A DNA stretch of 64,000 bases, taken from NCBI GenBank assembly GCA_050084515.1, contig CM114271.1, forward strand, positions 16,678,001 to 16,742,000, in the 5' to 3' direction. A program made the translations under genes and the position numbers. The stretch is from Blasia pusilla (taxonomy: Eukaryota). Below are positions 27,375 to 41,900 of this stretch, in pieces. Position 1 is the first letter of the stretch, and each line of letters opens with the position of its first letter. Below the pieces are notes generated by a model. The model saw only the letters and a program-made list of their open reading frames with translations. It made no database searches and was not told the origin of the DNA.

Positions 27375-30300
27375 TTAGAGAACAAGGCGACGCGACAGGT
27401 GCCACAGATGCCACGTCTCCCCAAGCAAACCGAGCAAATTCACAATCGAAGAATATCCATGCATTACGCTGAAATTGCGGTTGATGTTTTTCAATCGCAG
27501 CTTTGCGCCTTCATCCAATGTTGTTCCCTCTGTCGCACCGGCGGTATCTTGTCCTCTGCCTTCTTCCTTCTCCATTTTCAGCTTCTCAAACATAATCTGA
27601 CAATTGGTTGACAGTTAATGTTAGGTCAGGTGGGGGAACTCGAGACTACGCGTCGAAAACAACAACCGCACACGTTTATTTAGCTAGTCAGAGTCTCCGG
27701 AATTGAAACAACTCACGTCATTTACAATTTTTCTTACGTTTTCAACATTCAGATTTACACCCGCATCATAGAGGAGACCGCATTCATTCACGATGCACAA
27801 ACTCGTAAGTATTATGTAATCTAACTATCGAGAACAAGTCTCGAGCTCAATCAGAGTAAGACGCGATGAATTTTTTGTGGAAAGACGACCAGCGAGGAAC
27901 CGCGCGTACCTTTGTAGCTCGAGGTTCCAAGAAGAACAGGTTCACGAGCGTGGACACGAGAGATCCCCAAAGATTAACGTGCTGCAGTCTCTCCGATGTG
28001 TCGGCTTCCACCCAAGGATGCAGAACCATGTACAAGACAAGGCAGATGGCCTGACCGGATGCGATGAATCTAAGGTACATGGGGAACATCTTGCTCTGAA
28101 CGTATCCAAATTGTTGTCTCGGAATGGCACGCGATAGCAAATAACCAGAGATGAAAGTGACCCACAGAGAGGATCCATAAACAGATGAGAATGAAAAGAG
28201 GTGTGCCGTTCTGACGGAAGACAGAAGCCACGCTGTAGTAACCGAGACAAATCTTTTCCAAAAGTTAGAGTCTTTCATCCTTTCGATATTCTGCGCTGCA
28301 CCTTCAGTGATGTTTGAATAGGTGTTGTCCAGATGGGATTTGCTTTTGGCGATTTTGTCAGTTACACTCTTACCTGCCGACTCTGCGTACCTGCCAGCTT
28401 TACCCATGGCCTCGACAACTCCTACTTTCGCACTCTCTGTAGTGTCATGGGTTGCTTCAGAAGCTGCATCAGTTACGTGTTTCGTCTTGTCTACCACGAC
28501 ATCTTTTGTCGCTCGGAGGTTCTCACCTCCCTCTCGCACCAATTTTGAAGCCTGCAATTGAAACTCAACAGCATATGTCACTCTATACCAAATGCGTTTG
28601 GGACCTAGCATTAATAAAACAGTAAGGTACGCCCTTCTAATACTGAGTAAGCGCATCGTGATGTTTTAGACAAGCGCGATGATGATTTCGAAGCAGATGT
28701 TAGTTGACGATCAGGTTGGACAAAAGAATGCTCTACCTTTTCTCGTAAGCTTTTGCCGATATCGTGGGCTCGATCGTGGGTTGCTGCTGTTGCGGAGTTC
28801 AGGGCTTCTCCTGCTTTACGAAGCACCCCAGGCCCTTGCCAATAGCCTTTGAAATTTCCAACAACGATGTCATATTTGGACACATCGGCTTCCTCCCTGA
28901 TTCCCACCTTGTTCAGAAAATCCTCCCTCCAGTTGGAGCCTGATTTGTGCGTCGCCTGAGCCGGCCCCATGAGAGTCTCTTTTGCATTCTCATGGTAATT
29001 TCCAGCTGAGTCTTTTGCAGATTCCACATACTGGCCTACACTGCCTGTTATACCAGCCGGTTCATTTTCTTCTCTCTCGCCTGAAAGGCCTAACCACTCT
29101 CCAGCTTTCGCTGCATAGCCGTCTACAGAATTCTCACGAGCACCTCCATTGATAGTGGGAATAGACAAACCTTGTCCGACGCTGGGCATGTGGCTCACAG
29201 CGTCCTTTCCTTTGCGCTTTAACCGATCTCCTGCTTCTTCGGTTGCCAATTTCATCTTCTCCAGGTACGTTTGATCCTCAACCTGTGCACCTGGTACAAC
29301 AAATTCTGACGTCTTGGTTGCCGCATCTTTCAAAGCATCCCCGGCATACTCGTAGGCAGCTCCCATATTCTCTCCCAACTTGCCAACGGTGCTGTAGGTA
29401 GAGTCCCTCGCAGACTCGGCTGTTCCGGAAATTTGCGATCCAGCAGTATTGATGTTCTCCTGCACAGATTTTGCAATTCTCGAAGCCAAGTCACCGACAG
29501 AGTCTTCAGTGTCTCTCCCATTTTCTTTCCCACCAAAAACGGTATCTTTCACAGTTCCTACATTACCATTCAGCTTTGCTTTCGCCGCCGCTGCGGCTTC
29601 TTCTGCGGTTTTGAAAGTGGAATGCGCTCCATCTTGAATCGTGTCCCCTGTAGTCACCATGCCGTCCTTAATTCCTTGTGCAGCCGTCGCTGCCCTGTCT
29701 CGCACTGCTGTCACGCTATCACCTGGAGTGCATGAAAACCAACCTCGTCAGGAAGAGGGAGGATTAGGAAATTTCCAAGTTACCATCCACCTAAAATTGG
29801 AACAGAAAATTATGTGGTTTACGGTGCAATGTGACAATCGAATCATTCCTGGAAACAAAAACTCGTCACCATTGTTAACAACAACAGCAAAAATCCGTTT
29901 CCAAACTCGACCAAACGCAGTGCCGACCTTGCTTCCCGAGTCGGTTTTTCCCCCTAAAAGTCCTCACTAATAGGTCTAACAGTGAAAATAAATATGAAAT
30001 CATCCGACTGGAGTTCTCGTAGCCTGAATGATGTTCTTCTGGTAGTGCAAATGATTTACTAGCGACCATTTGTAACGAGAATTCTTAGTATAATCATAAC
30101 TTCGTCAAATCCTCTGCAGCGACTCCTACAGTGAAGGCTGACGAACAATTAGCCAGCATATGTGGAAAGTCATCAACAAGAGCTTAGATCGCCTATGCGG
30201 AATGTTGGATGAAAGATCACTTGGAGTCTAGTGATTACAATCGCATTCATTCTCAAGGTTCCTGAGAGCGCGTGAGTAAAGACGAATGTCTTTCTCGTAT

Positions 30301-31028
30301 GATAGTGCGAGTTGCCAATTAGAAACTATTGAAGTGCAAACAAACGGAATCGCAGTACGAAGGAATGATGGTAGAATGTCGTCTACTACTCTCTCGTTAC
30401 CTGCTGCGCTCTTAGTCGCTTCATATGCGCCTACCACACTGTCCTTGACGACATCGGCGGTGGTTGGAGGTTGCGGCTTCACGTCATGCATCCTCAAATT
30501 CTCGAGCTTCTCGCGCGCATTCCCCGCTGCATCTTTGCTCGCATCGTAAGCGCCATGCGTGTTCTCCTTCAACACCTCCTCCATACCGCTGGCACTTTTT
30601 TCCCACTTACCCTTTGAACTCCCGTCATCGCGAATGCTCTGCTCCGCATTCGGCGCGGTGGTGTCGCTCGGTCGCGCCCCGGCAATTTTGGCCTTGGCAG
30701 CGTGCAAACCGTCCTGCCATTGCTCGTAGCGGCTTGGTTCGGGTGCGCTAGCGGCCAGACCGAGCTTCTCTAGCCCCGCTTGAGATGTTTCTTTCACCGT
30801 ACCCGCAACCGAAGAATGCAGCCCTGCGCTCACGGTGCGCTTGATGGCCTCGCCCGTGCGGCGACCAGCTTCAGCCGCCATGTGAATCGAGTCTCGAGTT
30901 GCTTCCCTCGCCGGGTCTAGCGAAATCACGCCATCATCGCCGTTCTTCACGAGCAGCGGCTCCGGGGACAGCAGCATCGCTCCTCCCAATGACGAGAGCA
31001 CCAGCCACATCGCCACCACATTAATCAT
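27375..31028 (-). CDS. LEA-like protein with N-terminal signal peptide and C-terminal TMEM205/DUF4149 membrane domain; 4 exons (31028-30401, 29722-28737, 28551-27910, 27596-27375), about 825 aa
   Basis: GT-AG introns keep the frame (628+986+642+222 nt = 826 codons including stop). Hydrophobic N-terminus MINVVAMWLVLSSLGG; Ala/Lys/Glu/Asp-rich LEA-like repeats; HLFSFSSVYGSSLWVTFISG...PRQQFGYVQSKMFPMY...NLFFLEPRATK...FSVMHGYSSIVNL. Confidence 0.88.
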
Positions 31029-31489
31029 CTTCGCGGAAACAACAATCCTGCTCCGATTCCACGCCTCACAGGAAATCTACCAACCCCCGGATTCGAAATC
31101 GCACTTTCCAAGGACGCCTCTATCAACCAATCGACCTGCGACTGAAGCAGCCCGTCTCCAAATGAAGGTTTGAATCCGAGTCCCGCCAACTCCGTTAAGA
31201 CGATGCGAATCGGATTCAAGTTTCTCCCCTACAGCAACAGCAGCAGCAGCAGCAGCTTCCCGAGCTAGAAGGAGTGCGCTAGGGGAGATCGAAGAGAGAA
31301 CAAGATGGTAGATTGATTGAGATGAATTACGGGTTAACAAGGAAGAATGTAAACTGCATCGCGAGATAAAGGCGTCATGTAGAGGTGAAGAAATGGGAGT
31401 TTGATGTCCAACACTAACTAGTCCGCGGAGTTTCTTGAGGACGAGTTGGCGTCGGTGGCAGACGGATATAGAAATCCACGCGCCGCCAC

Positions 31490-31650
31490 CACGCCGCGCC
31501 AACTGGTGGCGATGGACGTCATCGGTCCTACGTGTCGCTGCGCACCGGAGGCACGTTAGTTTTGAGAACATCTGCGTGTCAGCCATACGGGTAGGGTGGT
31601 ATGGGAAGTGGATGGACACGGGGAGTAGCTTCGTGCGTGGCGTCCCCGAC
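31490..31650 (-). promoter_or_regulatory. ABRE/coupling-element-like cluster upstream of the LEA-like gene
   Basis: TACGTGTC at 31529-31536, plus nearby GCACGT, TGCGTGTC, GACACG and GCGTGGC motifs in a GC-rich patch about 0.5 kb upstream of the ATG. Confidence 0.55.
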
Positions 31651-31960
31651 CGTGGGATTGAACGGATAGATTCATCTGGCTCGTCTAAGATGGACCGCGA
31701 CCATATTCGTAACATTTTTGTGTGGATGAATTTTTATGAGTAATAACTTTTAATTGATACAACTTTAATTCTTAATTTATTTTATACTAATTAAATACAC
31801 TGAATCTCAAAATATAGAATTGTAAATGAAATTTACACCAGTATGGTAGGATTACCTCCCCCTTAACACTTGGTCTCCAAAAATTTGAAAACACTACTTA
31901 ATTTTGTATCTTCTATTTTCTTCAAATTATATACCATACATACATTGCATATTATATGTA

Positions 31961-33960
31961 CTAGTAAAATGCATGTGGGAAAATCCGAAAAGATGCACAT
32001 GTGCAAGAGTTTAAATGTTTTTTTTATTGAAGTATTTCTGTATACATTATAATTCACGTGTAATCATCTTTCTCATTTGAATGTTCATTCCTTCCAATTG
32101 TAATGTGGATGGAACTCCTCTTCACTACTCTAGACAATGTTACGTACAATTGACCATGAGAGAAAATGGGAGTAGGAAAGTAAATCCCTACCTTTTGCAA
32201 AGTTTGACCTTAAGATTTATTATTAATTGTCATTGCAAAAATTGGACGAATATGGAATTGGAACCTACGTAGATCAAATGGCAAACCAGAATCGGATGCA
32301 ATCAATGGGATGCGTGGAATAAAAACTCGGTCTCCAATATTCTTTCCAATGATGATTTCAGCATCTACACAATGTTGCATAGATCCACAAATTACCAATT
32401 TCGTCTCATTTGCTTGTCTCTATGATCCATTCATGTTTTGTAGCAACATGATTGGTGCACCAATGTTCAAACACAAACGATGTGGAGGTAGCCCTGAAGG
32501 CTAATCTCCTCATTCGGAATAGATTCGACACTGAGGTATATATTTTCCTATACCAATTTATAACAAATAAATGAGAAGTAAAGTTTTATTAGTATCCAAA
32601 AGTATATAAACAAAGTACATTCTTAAAAAAATATGCAAAATTAGTATTACTTGTCCAGAAAATCGTGACATGACATCTGCATTTATGTCATGAACATCTC
32701 CATTCCTTGGTATCAAAATAATTGTATCTCTCAAGAGTGTCAGTATCATGGAATCAGTTGGGAGATATTCCATAGATAGCAATCAGATTGCATATTTTAT
32801 TATCCTTCGTAACCATTTCAGACAGTAGTTTTATATAGTCTTCTCCCAAATGAGGCTACAAAGGTATACGACCCTCTTCCATCTCTAATAACCAATCAGC
32901 AAAAGCTTGTTGTTCATCACGCAAATGACCTTCCAACCTTTGAACTCGCATGTTTTCCGTCAATTTCATCATCTTTACATAAGGCCATAGAGATGACCTC
33001 TTTATAGTGGCTTGGATGATTTATGGATGATCCCCATCACAAACAACACACAAGACTTTACGAAAGTCACCACCAAATACTATGAGTTTACCGTCGAATG
33101 GTATTTATCGTAGATCATGAGAGACATCACCCATGATATCTTATAAAGTGCGGTTCACTGCCTCAAATGCATGATGATGAGCCATATGTGGTTTGTCCCA
33201 TATAATGAGCATTGCATCATAGATTATGCACGCTCCATCACTATTGACTGATAAACTACAAATGACACATGAAACTATATTAAAAACTTGTAACACTTGG
33301 AGGCCGATATTAACATTTATGTATTGACACACTTGTGATTTGACATTAACTGTATAAGGCACTTACTTGCAAGTAGAGCTCTCACTAAGATTGATGGGAA
33401 TCTTGAAATGTGAATGTGCAATACGTCCTTCATCTAACAATAGAGCAATTATTCTAAAAGATGCTATAGCCAAAGCTATACTTCTTGCACTCCTTACATT
33501 CGCAAAGAGAAGATTGTATAAAAGTGTCTTTCGTGTTCCACCTGGCCCATCGATGAAAAATATTTTTGGAGATGGTGGAGCATTCAAACATATTTGATGA
33601 AGTTCATCATAAATAGCATTCCAAATAACACATTGTCCTTCATTCAAACCTGCTTCTCCCAATAGTATTTGTTCATACAACTCCTCGATATCATTTAATA
33701 ACTCTTGTTCCTCCAAATATGAATATGAGTGAAGGTTTTTGAAATTAGCTTGAGGCATGTCTGAAAAATCATACAATCTCTTTCCTTGATCTTGCAAATA
33801 ATAATGCACTTCCAGCAATGCATTATTAATGATAGCATCATCAACATGAAGATTAGAAATTTGTGTTTTCTGCAATGGAAAAGTCCCAACATATATAGAA
33901 ATCATGAGTAGTTTGTTTAATGCTCAATAGAAGATACATTGGTACGATTCAAGCTCCTTG
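31961..33960 (-). mobile_element. Helitron remnant with decayed PIF1-like helicase
   Basis: FFIDGPGGTRKT (Walker A), GRIAHSHFKIP, IIWDK..MAH..AFEAVNRTL, IPRIPL...QF.IR..FAMTIN.S*GQTL and FSHGQLYVTLSR. A possible CTAG 3' end lies at 31961. The 5' limit is unknown. Confidence 0.85.
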
Positions 33961-36900
33961 GTAATCACAACTTCCCAATATCACTTTCTTGGAAGTTTGG
34001 TCTCCTTACAACATTAAGTAATGTATTGACTCTAATAACCCTATCAATATTAGAGAAAGGACGAATTGTAGAAGCATTTGGTGCAGTGGCAGTTTGAGTT
34101 GGTAACACAACTCCATTAATTGTAAACACTAGACTGTCCACTCTTTACAGCATACCATCTTCAAGATTGGGAAGTATTGAAGAATTATCGACGACTTCAA
34201 GTAGTTCATCTAAATTAGGAAAGTGGTGGGTAATTGAACTCTTGGTGTTATAAAAGTAGCTAGACCAATCATAGATGTATTCTCCAAAACTTCATGGAAT
34301 GCATTGTTGGGTAACTCAATTCTCGATGAGATATAAGTGGCAACTTTTAGCACACGAATTGGATCATCTTTTTGAACCAATTCATCTTCTCAGTCTTCAA
34401 GATGAGCTTCTTTCTTTGCTCCTACCAGAACTCCATCCTCATTGGAAAGCCTCAAAAAATAGAGTAACTTTAATAAGGTGAATATTAAAATAAAATATAG
34501 AAAAATATGAAAGAAAATATAGAAAAGACTAAACATCTAAAAGGCATTATGATTACGACTTTATGAATGAACTTCCAACTGTCATAATCTACATATTTAT
34601 AATAGTTGGACTAGTCTCAACTACCAAAGTAGGCTCAATTTGAAGTTGAAGCCTTTCTTTCTTTTTTTGCACTCTCGATAGTAGGCCTTTTTTTCTTTTC
34701 TTTGAAAGCTTCCATTTTTTCAGTGCTAACGGCTCATTTTTGTTTTTGGGCTTCACCACATAGAACCTTCCGAATATCACGTACATGTGTAGGATTTGAT
34801 GGAACTATAAGTCTGAAACAACAGGAGAATTTTGGAAATTGAGAAATATTAAATTAGTGAACAACAATATGAAGTGTGGAGAATTCAACGTGTTGAATGA
34901 TCTTGAATAGAGTGGACTTACGTTGGAGAATTTTCGTTGATGACTCCAACTCCCGTGTTTCTTTGTTGTGCTAAAATTCTCTTGCGATGGGCACGCAATT
35001 TTTATTGTGTCTTTGCAAGCATCAATTTTCTTGAAGTCACACAAATATGTAGGATTCGATTGAACAAGAAGTCTGCCAACAAATTGTAGGGGGGTTCAAC
35101 ATTAAAGCTTGTGAACAAATAGTCATAGAAGTTGTCGTAATGTAATTGAACTCTACAGTCTCATCAAAGAAATGCGAAGTTCAAAGATATGGCAAAAGTG
35201 AATTGGGCTTACATCGGAGACGTGTGTTTCAATACACCAATTTGTCCTTTTGCACTATGTGTTGGAACTCTTGTATTTGTAATAACAACGAGTCCACAAA
35301 TAGGCATCTTGCACTCGCCATCTATATAACACTCTAAAATAAGACAAGTGGAAAAAGTGGTGTGAAAAAAACAAAAAATGGTAAAATTGAATGGTTAAAA
35401 GTTGAAAGGAGAGTAGAACTTTGTTAGAAATAAAAAAAAGGAAAAAAAAACCTATAAAAATTCTCTTGGAGAAAAATATTTTAAGATTTTATGTAATTTC
35501 TTAAATTTAGCAGAGATTTAAGAAGAGGATTTAAACTGTGAAAAAAAAGATAAAATTGAAAGGAGGATTAAAAAAGATAAAAACGAAATAATTAAAATTA
35601 GGAAGTGAGAAAATTAGTAAAAGTAATTATTAAATACTTATTTTTTATTTTTAATAAGTAATTAAATAATTTTCAGGTTAGGATCGCTCGACCCTAACCC
35701 TAACCTACTGGCCCCCTCCCTAACCTAAAGATCCCGGGCACCCTTGATGGGACAGCGAAGGTGCGTCTAGCGTCTCCGTTGCCCCCTTCCCATTAACCCC
35801 CCCTCTCTCACGCCATTCTCACTTACTCTCCTGTTCACTCTCAATTCCGCTTTGCTCGGTCTGTTTGCTCTCATCTTGTCTCTTCTCTTTCTTCTTTGCT
35901 TGGCGCTTCTTGCCAGACCGTGGTCGGATTCATTTGTGGCTTCGCTTCGCCATGCTCTTGTTGAGGTGCTCAAAAGTGATCTGGGTCCTTTTCAGTACTC
36001 GCCCTTTAGGAGCTCGTGAGTTTCCAAGAGCTCATGAGCTTGCAGCGAGAGAGCGGCGCCTTCTCTACTAGAATTTCTCTCAACTTGCTTGTTGTCCTAT
36101 TCGTCCTATGTGCCTCTGCCCGCTACTCCAATATTCTTGAGTTTTCCCTCTCGTGTTCAGCTCCCGGGTTGTGTAGTCCGCTTCAAGCGTGCTATTTTCC
36201 AGCAATGGGTGAGAGGGAATTAGGGAGGTTTTTCATAGTAGTGTTAGGATTTTTGGAGCGAGAAGGCATTCTTGCGGAGCGTGAGATGCATCACGGCGAG
36301 AGTTGCCTTGCTCTCATGGTTCTCCAGGTCTGATGGGTTTCTACAGTGTGGTCATACATAGTTTTTGCAGCATTGTTGACTTGCAAGGGCGGGTGGATGC
36401 CTACTCGGGGTTTGCAGTACTCGAGTTAAGAACTTCTAGACAAGACTTTCAAACACATGCTTCCACACATAACGTTCATGACAGTAAATTTCCACAAAAC
36501 ATTTTATATTGCAAGGTAATCTTACAATGTGTAGACTAGACTTCTCTGTGTTCGGTCTACACGATAGAGTTAGAGCTCAAGACTATCTGTACATTTACTA
36601 CCATACCTTCACGCTTGTTCGCTTTTCGACCTTTAGGCGCATGTGTGACAGGCTTGGCTTCCAAACCCCTTGAGACTGGGGATTCATTTTTGGACGGCTG
36701 TATAGGTGTTTAGAGACACTTCTTTGCAGATGAGCCTTCACCATTGCACTCTTTTTTGGTGTTGGGTCTCTTGAGTTGATACTGTGGGCACCCTTGCAAT
36801 TCTATTTTAACATCCATGGTTTCCCGGAGCCCTCGACAGGCCTCGAGAAATAATCTCCGTCTGATCTTGTAGCCTCTCCTTCAATGGGAAGAGAATCCAT

Positions 36901-38716
36901 GCGTGCGTCCCTGAGGATTGTATTTAGTCCCCCAAGGAGGGCAAATGTCTAGTGAAAATTTCTCCTAGCACTCAAGCGGATGCAGTCCTCTTGAGATATC
37001 AGGGACATAGGGGAGTTTCTAAAATCAACGTATGGCGCCTTAACACCATAATGTTTTTGCGATGAAACAAAAGCATTCCCAAGGAAAGGGGGAGATACTC
37101 TTCCCCTTTCCTTGGGTCAATTTTTTTGTTGTTCTTGTAGTGGCCATGGTTTGCTTTACTACCCTTGACTTGTGTGCATAGATGTGATGGGAGCAAACTT
37201 GGAGTCGCCTCATATTGGACCCGCCTAAGGGCCGTCTTGCAGAGCTATGATGGGAGTCAAATCCTGAGTCGCCTCAACCGTTGGAAGTCGGACCGAGAAC
37301 CTATTGGAGATCCAAGCGACAATGGAGACCTTCGAAAGCAAGAAGAGACTCAATCCGAAGGTAACTTGGGAGTCGTTGGAGGATGCCGGGAGTTTCAAAG
37401 AAATTGTTGCAACTCAGCTAGATTGCACCACTTATAGACGTGCTAGTAAATCTTGCGATACACAATGCATCTTAGCTGGAAAGTATAAGTCTATTCTATT
37501 GGCATGCGTTGTATTACTGTATCAATTATGTTGAACACATCATGTAGAACTTACCAACATACAATAGCAAAGAGCTTCTACATCTGTGAGTTGAAGGAAG
37601 CTAAATAAAGCTGTCACATTACGTGTCACTGCCTGCTACTGTAAATAAAGGTTTGAAATCACGCATCATTTCTTGCTACTTTACAGAATGTAAAATTGAA
37701 GTGCTTATTTGGAGATCTAAACCTCGCATTCAACTCCTTCGGCAACAAAATGCATGCAATAAATATTGTGCAACCCTCAAAGGTGGAAAACTCTAGAAGC
37801 CGCCGAAAACCCTCAGAACGACCCCCCCAGAAAGAACTAAGACGTTCATCAACGGACCTCCTTGAAGAGATCCTTCAGCAACACATCCAAATCTTTTCCA
37901 TGAACGGTAGTCGTTTAAAACAAAGTATCGGTTTTTCGATACCAAATTTGAAATGCAATGCAGCCCAGGATGCAAAGCCTTAACCTACGTCAAGAGAACA
38001 AAGCAAAGCAACAGACCACTAACGCATGGTAGAATATTATTAACAAAAACTACCAGGTATCATAACGTGGAGTGGTCCTCTAGGAGAAGGCAATCTCCCG
38101 TAATAGTATAGATATATACTATTTTTGGAAATATGAGTTTATTTTTTATTTTTTATTCCATGCATGATATATGATATACCTATTATATATGGCACCGGTA
38201 TTTTTATTAGTGGTTTGAATGTACAAAACATAAGAGCTACTATAGATCATCTCTACTTTAGTCCACCAACATAGAAGCAACAAATGCCTTAGATGTTGAG
38301 ATGATAAGAGGCAAATGAATGAGTGATTAAGGAGTAAAGCCTTAATTATCACTAGTATTCAACCCATGCTTTCCACCATATCAATAATATGTTGAAAAAA
38401 AATCTAATGTTATGAAAAATTTAATTACTACTATTGTTAAGCACGTGCTATGGAATAGATCAATTTATTTTTTTAAATGTGTGTCGTGAACTTGTTATCC
38501 CAATGTCAAAGTTAATAAATAAAAAAACTCGTCTCCTTTAATGATATAAAAGAAAAGTAATTTGAATTTTTGAACATTTGTGAACATCTTGTATAAGGTC
38601 CGCACACAACATGTTCATACACTTAAAATGGAATCTAGTTATGCTACCAATATGTAATTTCGTTTGGAATGCTATAATAAGTTAGAAGGATGTGCCTTTT
38701 TTGCCATTATTCTCTC

Positions 38717-38990
38717 CAAGGTTGCATGTAGACAAAGTGCGTACTATGGAAGGACTTGTCCATATAGACCCCACCTTCATTCCCTCCACTTGCCTTCATG
38801 TTGCATACTTTCCTATTTCTGCCTCCCTCCACTTCCTTCCCCCTTTGTGCCCCACTAGCCCTTGCCTTACCTTCCATCATAACCTATAAGTGTGGGCCCC
38901 ATATTTTGCAATCCATATTTGTGGACATCTCCAAACTTGTGTGTTCATGTGTGTCATAAAGACCGACTTGTCCACTTTTGTGCAACCATG
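38717..38990 (+). mobile_element. hAT-type MITE copy 2
   Basis: TIR CAAGGTTGCA...TGCAACCATG; perfect 8-bp TSD ATTCTCTC. Confidence 0.9.
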
Positions 38991-41900
38991 ATTCTCTCTA
39001 GGTCGAGAACATGGGTTGTTGCATTTGTGAATCAGAGTAAATTTTAGGTGATAATCATGTCAATGTTTCCTTCTTGTCACTCTTGAAAGAAATTGGTGAT
39101 CTTGAGATCATAGTGGAACACTAGATCCCCTAGAGATTTCTTATGGTGCTATGATATTATCTTGTAATTATAACTAGTTGACACATATCATTCAAGAATT
39201 GCCTTGATATTCTCGTGTAATCATAACTAGTTGAGACATAATCATACATTTCTTGTGGTGCCATGATATTCTCGTGTAATCATATCAGTGCTTGCGTAAT
39301 CCATGGTCCCTCTTTTAGAAACTCTGAACGATTTTTTTACACAAAAATAGCCCACTAATGTCAAGATGTATTTTTTAAGTAGACATGTGTTAGAGTGAGG
39401 CAAAACTCCCAAAGAAATCAATCCTCCTAAATAGTTATCCGTTGAAACTTTTACAATGTGGATTTTTCTTCTATGGACCTTGTGGTCTGGAGACCTATAT
39501 TGCTAATGTGGACCAATTCTTGTTGAGACATCATTGGTAGCAACGACCACCGTAGAGGTAAATTGGAGCTAGCCTTCATTTTACTTTCAAACAACCAATC
39601 AAAAGGAAAAACTTTTCAGGTCAAGGGGAGGTATTTTATCATTTATTTGGATACACTATATGAGGAAAAAAAAACACTCCAAGACAACCATTTGAAATAC
39701 TAGAAGAAATCTTGGTGATAGAAGAAATACTTTTGTAAATAGAAGTAGACAATTGCAATTTTCCCATAAATAATAACCCTCTTCCCTTCTCCCTTTCTAA
39801 TATTATAATGTAAATTTCAATGTGTGCATGAGATTCGAATAGCGAGTGGGCAAGCATGACTTCCTTCTAATTCCACCATGGGATTAACGGCCAAAAAGCC
39901 CACATGGGACTGAATTGACTAGTGGCAAGAATGCATGTAGAGACAAATTCCACATGGAGGTTAGATCTAGATGGATGATACCACAATCCCCCACCTTTCA
40001 TTGGAGGTCGTTCTTAACCATACATATCAATATTTCACATGGACTTTCATTAAGGATCCAAGAAAACTTCTTGTATCTAGAGCTTGCTTTGGATAACGTT
40101 ATGCGACAATGGCTGCTCCTTCAAAACTACATCCATGGAGATTTTTCCCTAATATTCATAATAACATGGGATAAATTTTGAAGTTCTTTGAGTTCTTTGA
40201 CACAAAGTACAATCGTCCAAGTATATATGTTCAAAAGGAGGTGGAAGTATTTATACAATCTTCCACTAGAGGCATATCATATTGCAATGAAGATCTCTCT
40301 CGCAATTCTCCGAGGGAATGGCTAAGGTGGTGACGGCATATCTTATAAAAGCATTTATATTATTAAGACAATAAGACTCTTCCTTCTAAGATCGTTCACA
40401 CTTACTAGAAGAAATGAGGACTTCTGAAATAAAATAAAAGAAGGTTTAATGAGTTTTCTACACATCCAGCCCAGTGCATCAATGTAGTACCTATTAACCG
40501 CCATCCAAGGTCATGCTACCTCTACAGCAGTAAAGTTGTATTGAGATAGATACAATGGAGACATTTGGCTGTCTCCACTCACAAATTTCAGGCTCCAAAA
40601 TGCTGAGGGAGTGTGGGCTGTGTGGGTGTCCATCTCTGTACAGTGATTAACTCAATGCCAACCTCCAATAAGTGATTGCTATGCCACTTTGGAGGGCACA
40701 AGAAAAAGCAACTTTCTTTAAAGTCCTTGCAGTATCATCTTAAGTTAACCTTCAACTGAAAGGTCCACTTGAGAAGAGAACTGAACTACTAGTGATATAA
40801 CCGAGTTGGTCCATTAGTGATGAGGGAATTCTTTATACTTGGTGACTCCTTTTTCTTCACTGGGGCTCTGTTTCCACTCTGGGGACTGATATTATGTCCC
40901 TTTGGACTCAAAAAAGAGCTCCATATCTACCTCAAAGTTGGCTCATAGGTTGGCTTATAGGTTCTACATTTACCCCAAAGATCCCTGCCCGGTTGCACAC
41001 GTTGCAATCCACATTCAAGCATAGTGCAGAGGTTTTGGTTCAAGCAGATATGGAGGACTCAATTGCGTCGACATGTCAGGCAATCGACTGATGGTACAGC
41101 AATTCAGAGAGGATGTCCTGTGAATAAAATTGGAGTAGGGATTTTAGTTTTCAGGTTCCGTAAGAGAAGTGGCAGGGGTAGAAACAGGGAAGAAACACAA
41201 TTTTCAGAGATGCATGAGAACCCTTTACAAATGCTAGGTCAACATCCATCTCTCAACCTCAGAGAATCACGAGGGCTGATTTGACACACCCTGCTACAAT
41301 GATATCATAGGAAAGGAGACAGGAAAAGTGATTTGTTTTACGACCTCTTTGCTCAGCCACATTTTGAAGTGAAAAAAGCTGACAGGGACCACCAAGTTGA
41401 TGTTATTTGAGAAGTAATCCTATTCATGCTTTCCAAGCTAGTTATAAACATCCAAGGGTAAACAATGAAACTGCAGTAACAGCAACAAAGGAGTCCATCC
41501 AGCTAGTTATTGAAGATGATAAGATTGTCACACGCTTCCTATCTCAACAGGAAGACAGCTGCACCTAAGAGTAAAAATTTGGAAGTTGCATGATGTTGAT
41601 TCTTCCAACCTTGCATTGTCAATTTTCAGGCGTCCTTGGGATACCTAGAGATTTCAGAATGACCATCATTTGTAGGCCACTCTTCCTTCTCACAAGGCTA
41701 CAGACACATCTTCCATATACAATGCTCATGCTGCTTGGACATTTACAATGGCATTTCAAAAGGAGAAGCAAGTTGGGTTCTTTGACATTAAAAGCTTTGG
41801 AGGGTAGTCTATGAACATTCCTTATGAGTTCATCACACATGTGAAGTACTGACATGGAACAGGCTACTGATGGCATTCTGTTATAACTAAATAAGCTCCA

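Noticed and set aside
35760-38000. Possible plus-strand gene with CT-rich leader
   Set aside because: No coherent exon chain or recognisable domain; the short ORFs look spurious.
39500-40400. LINE ORF2 remnant on the minus strand (PMKGGGL motif)
   Set aside because: A single weak motif amid many stops is insufficient support.
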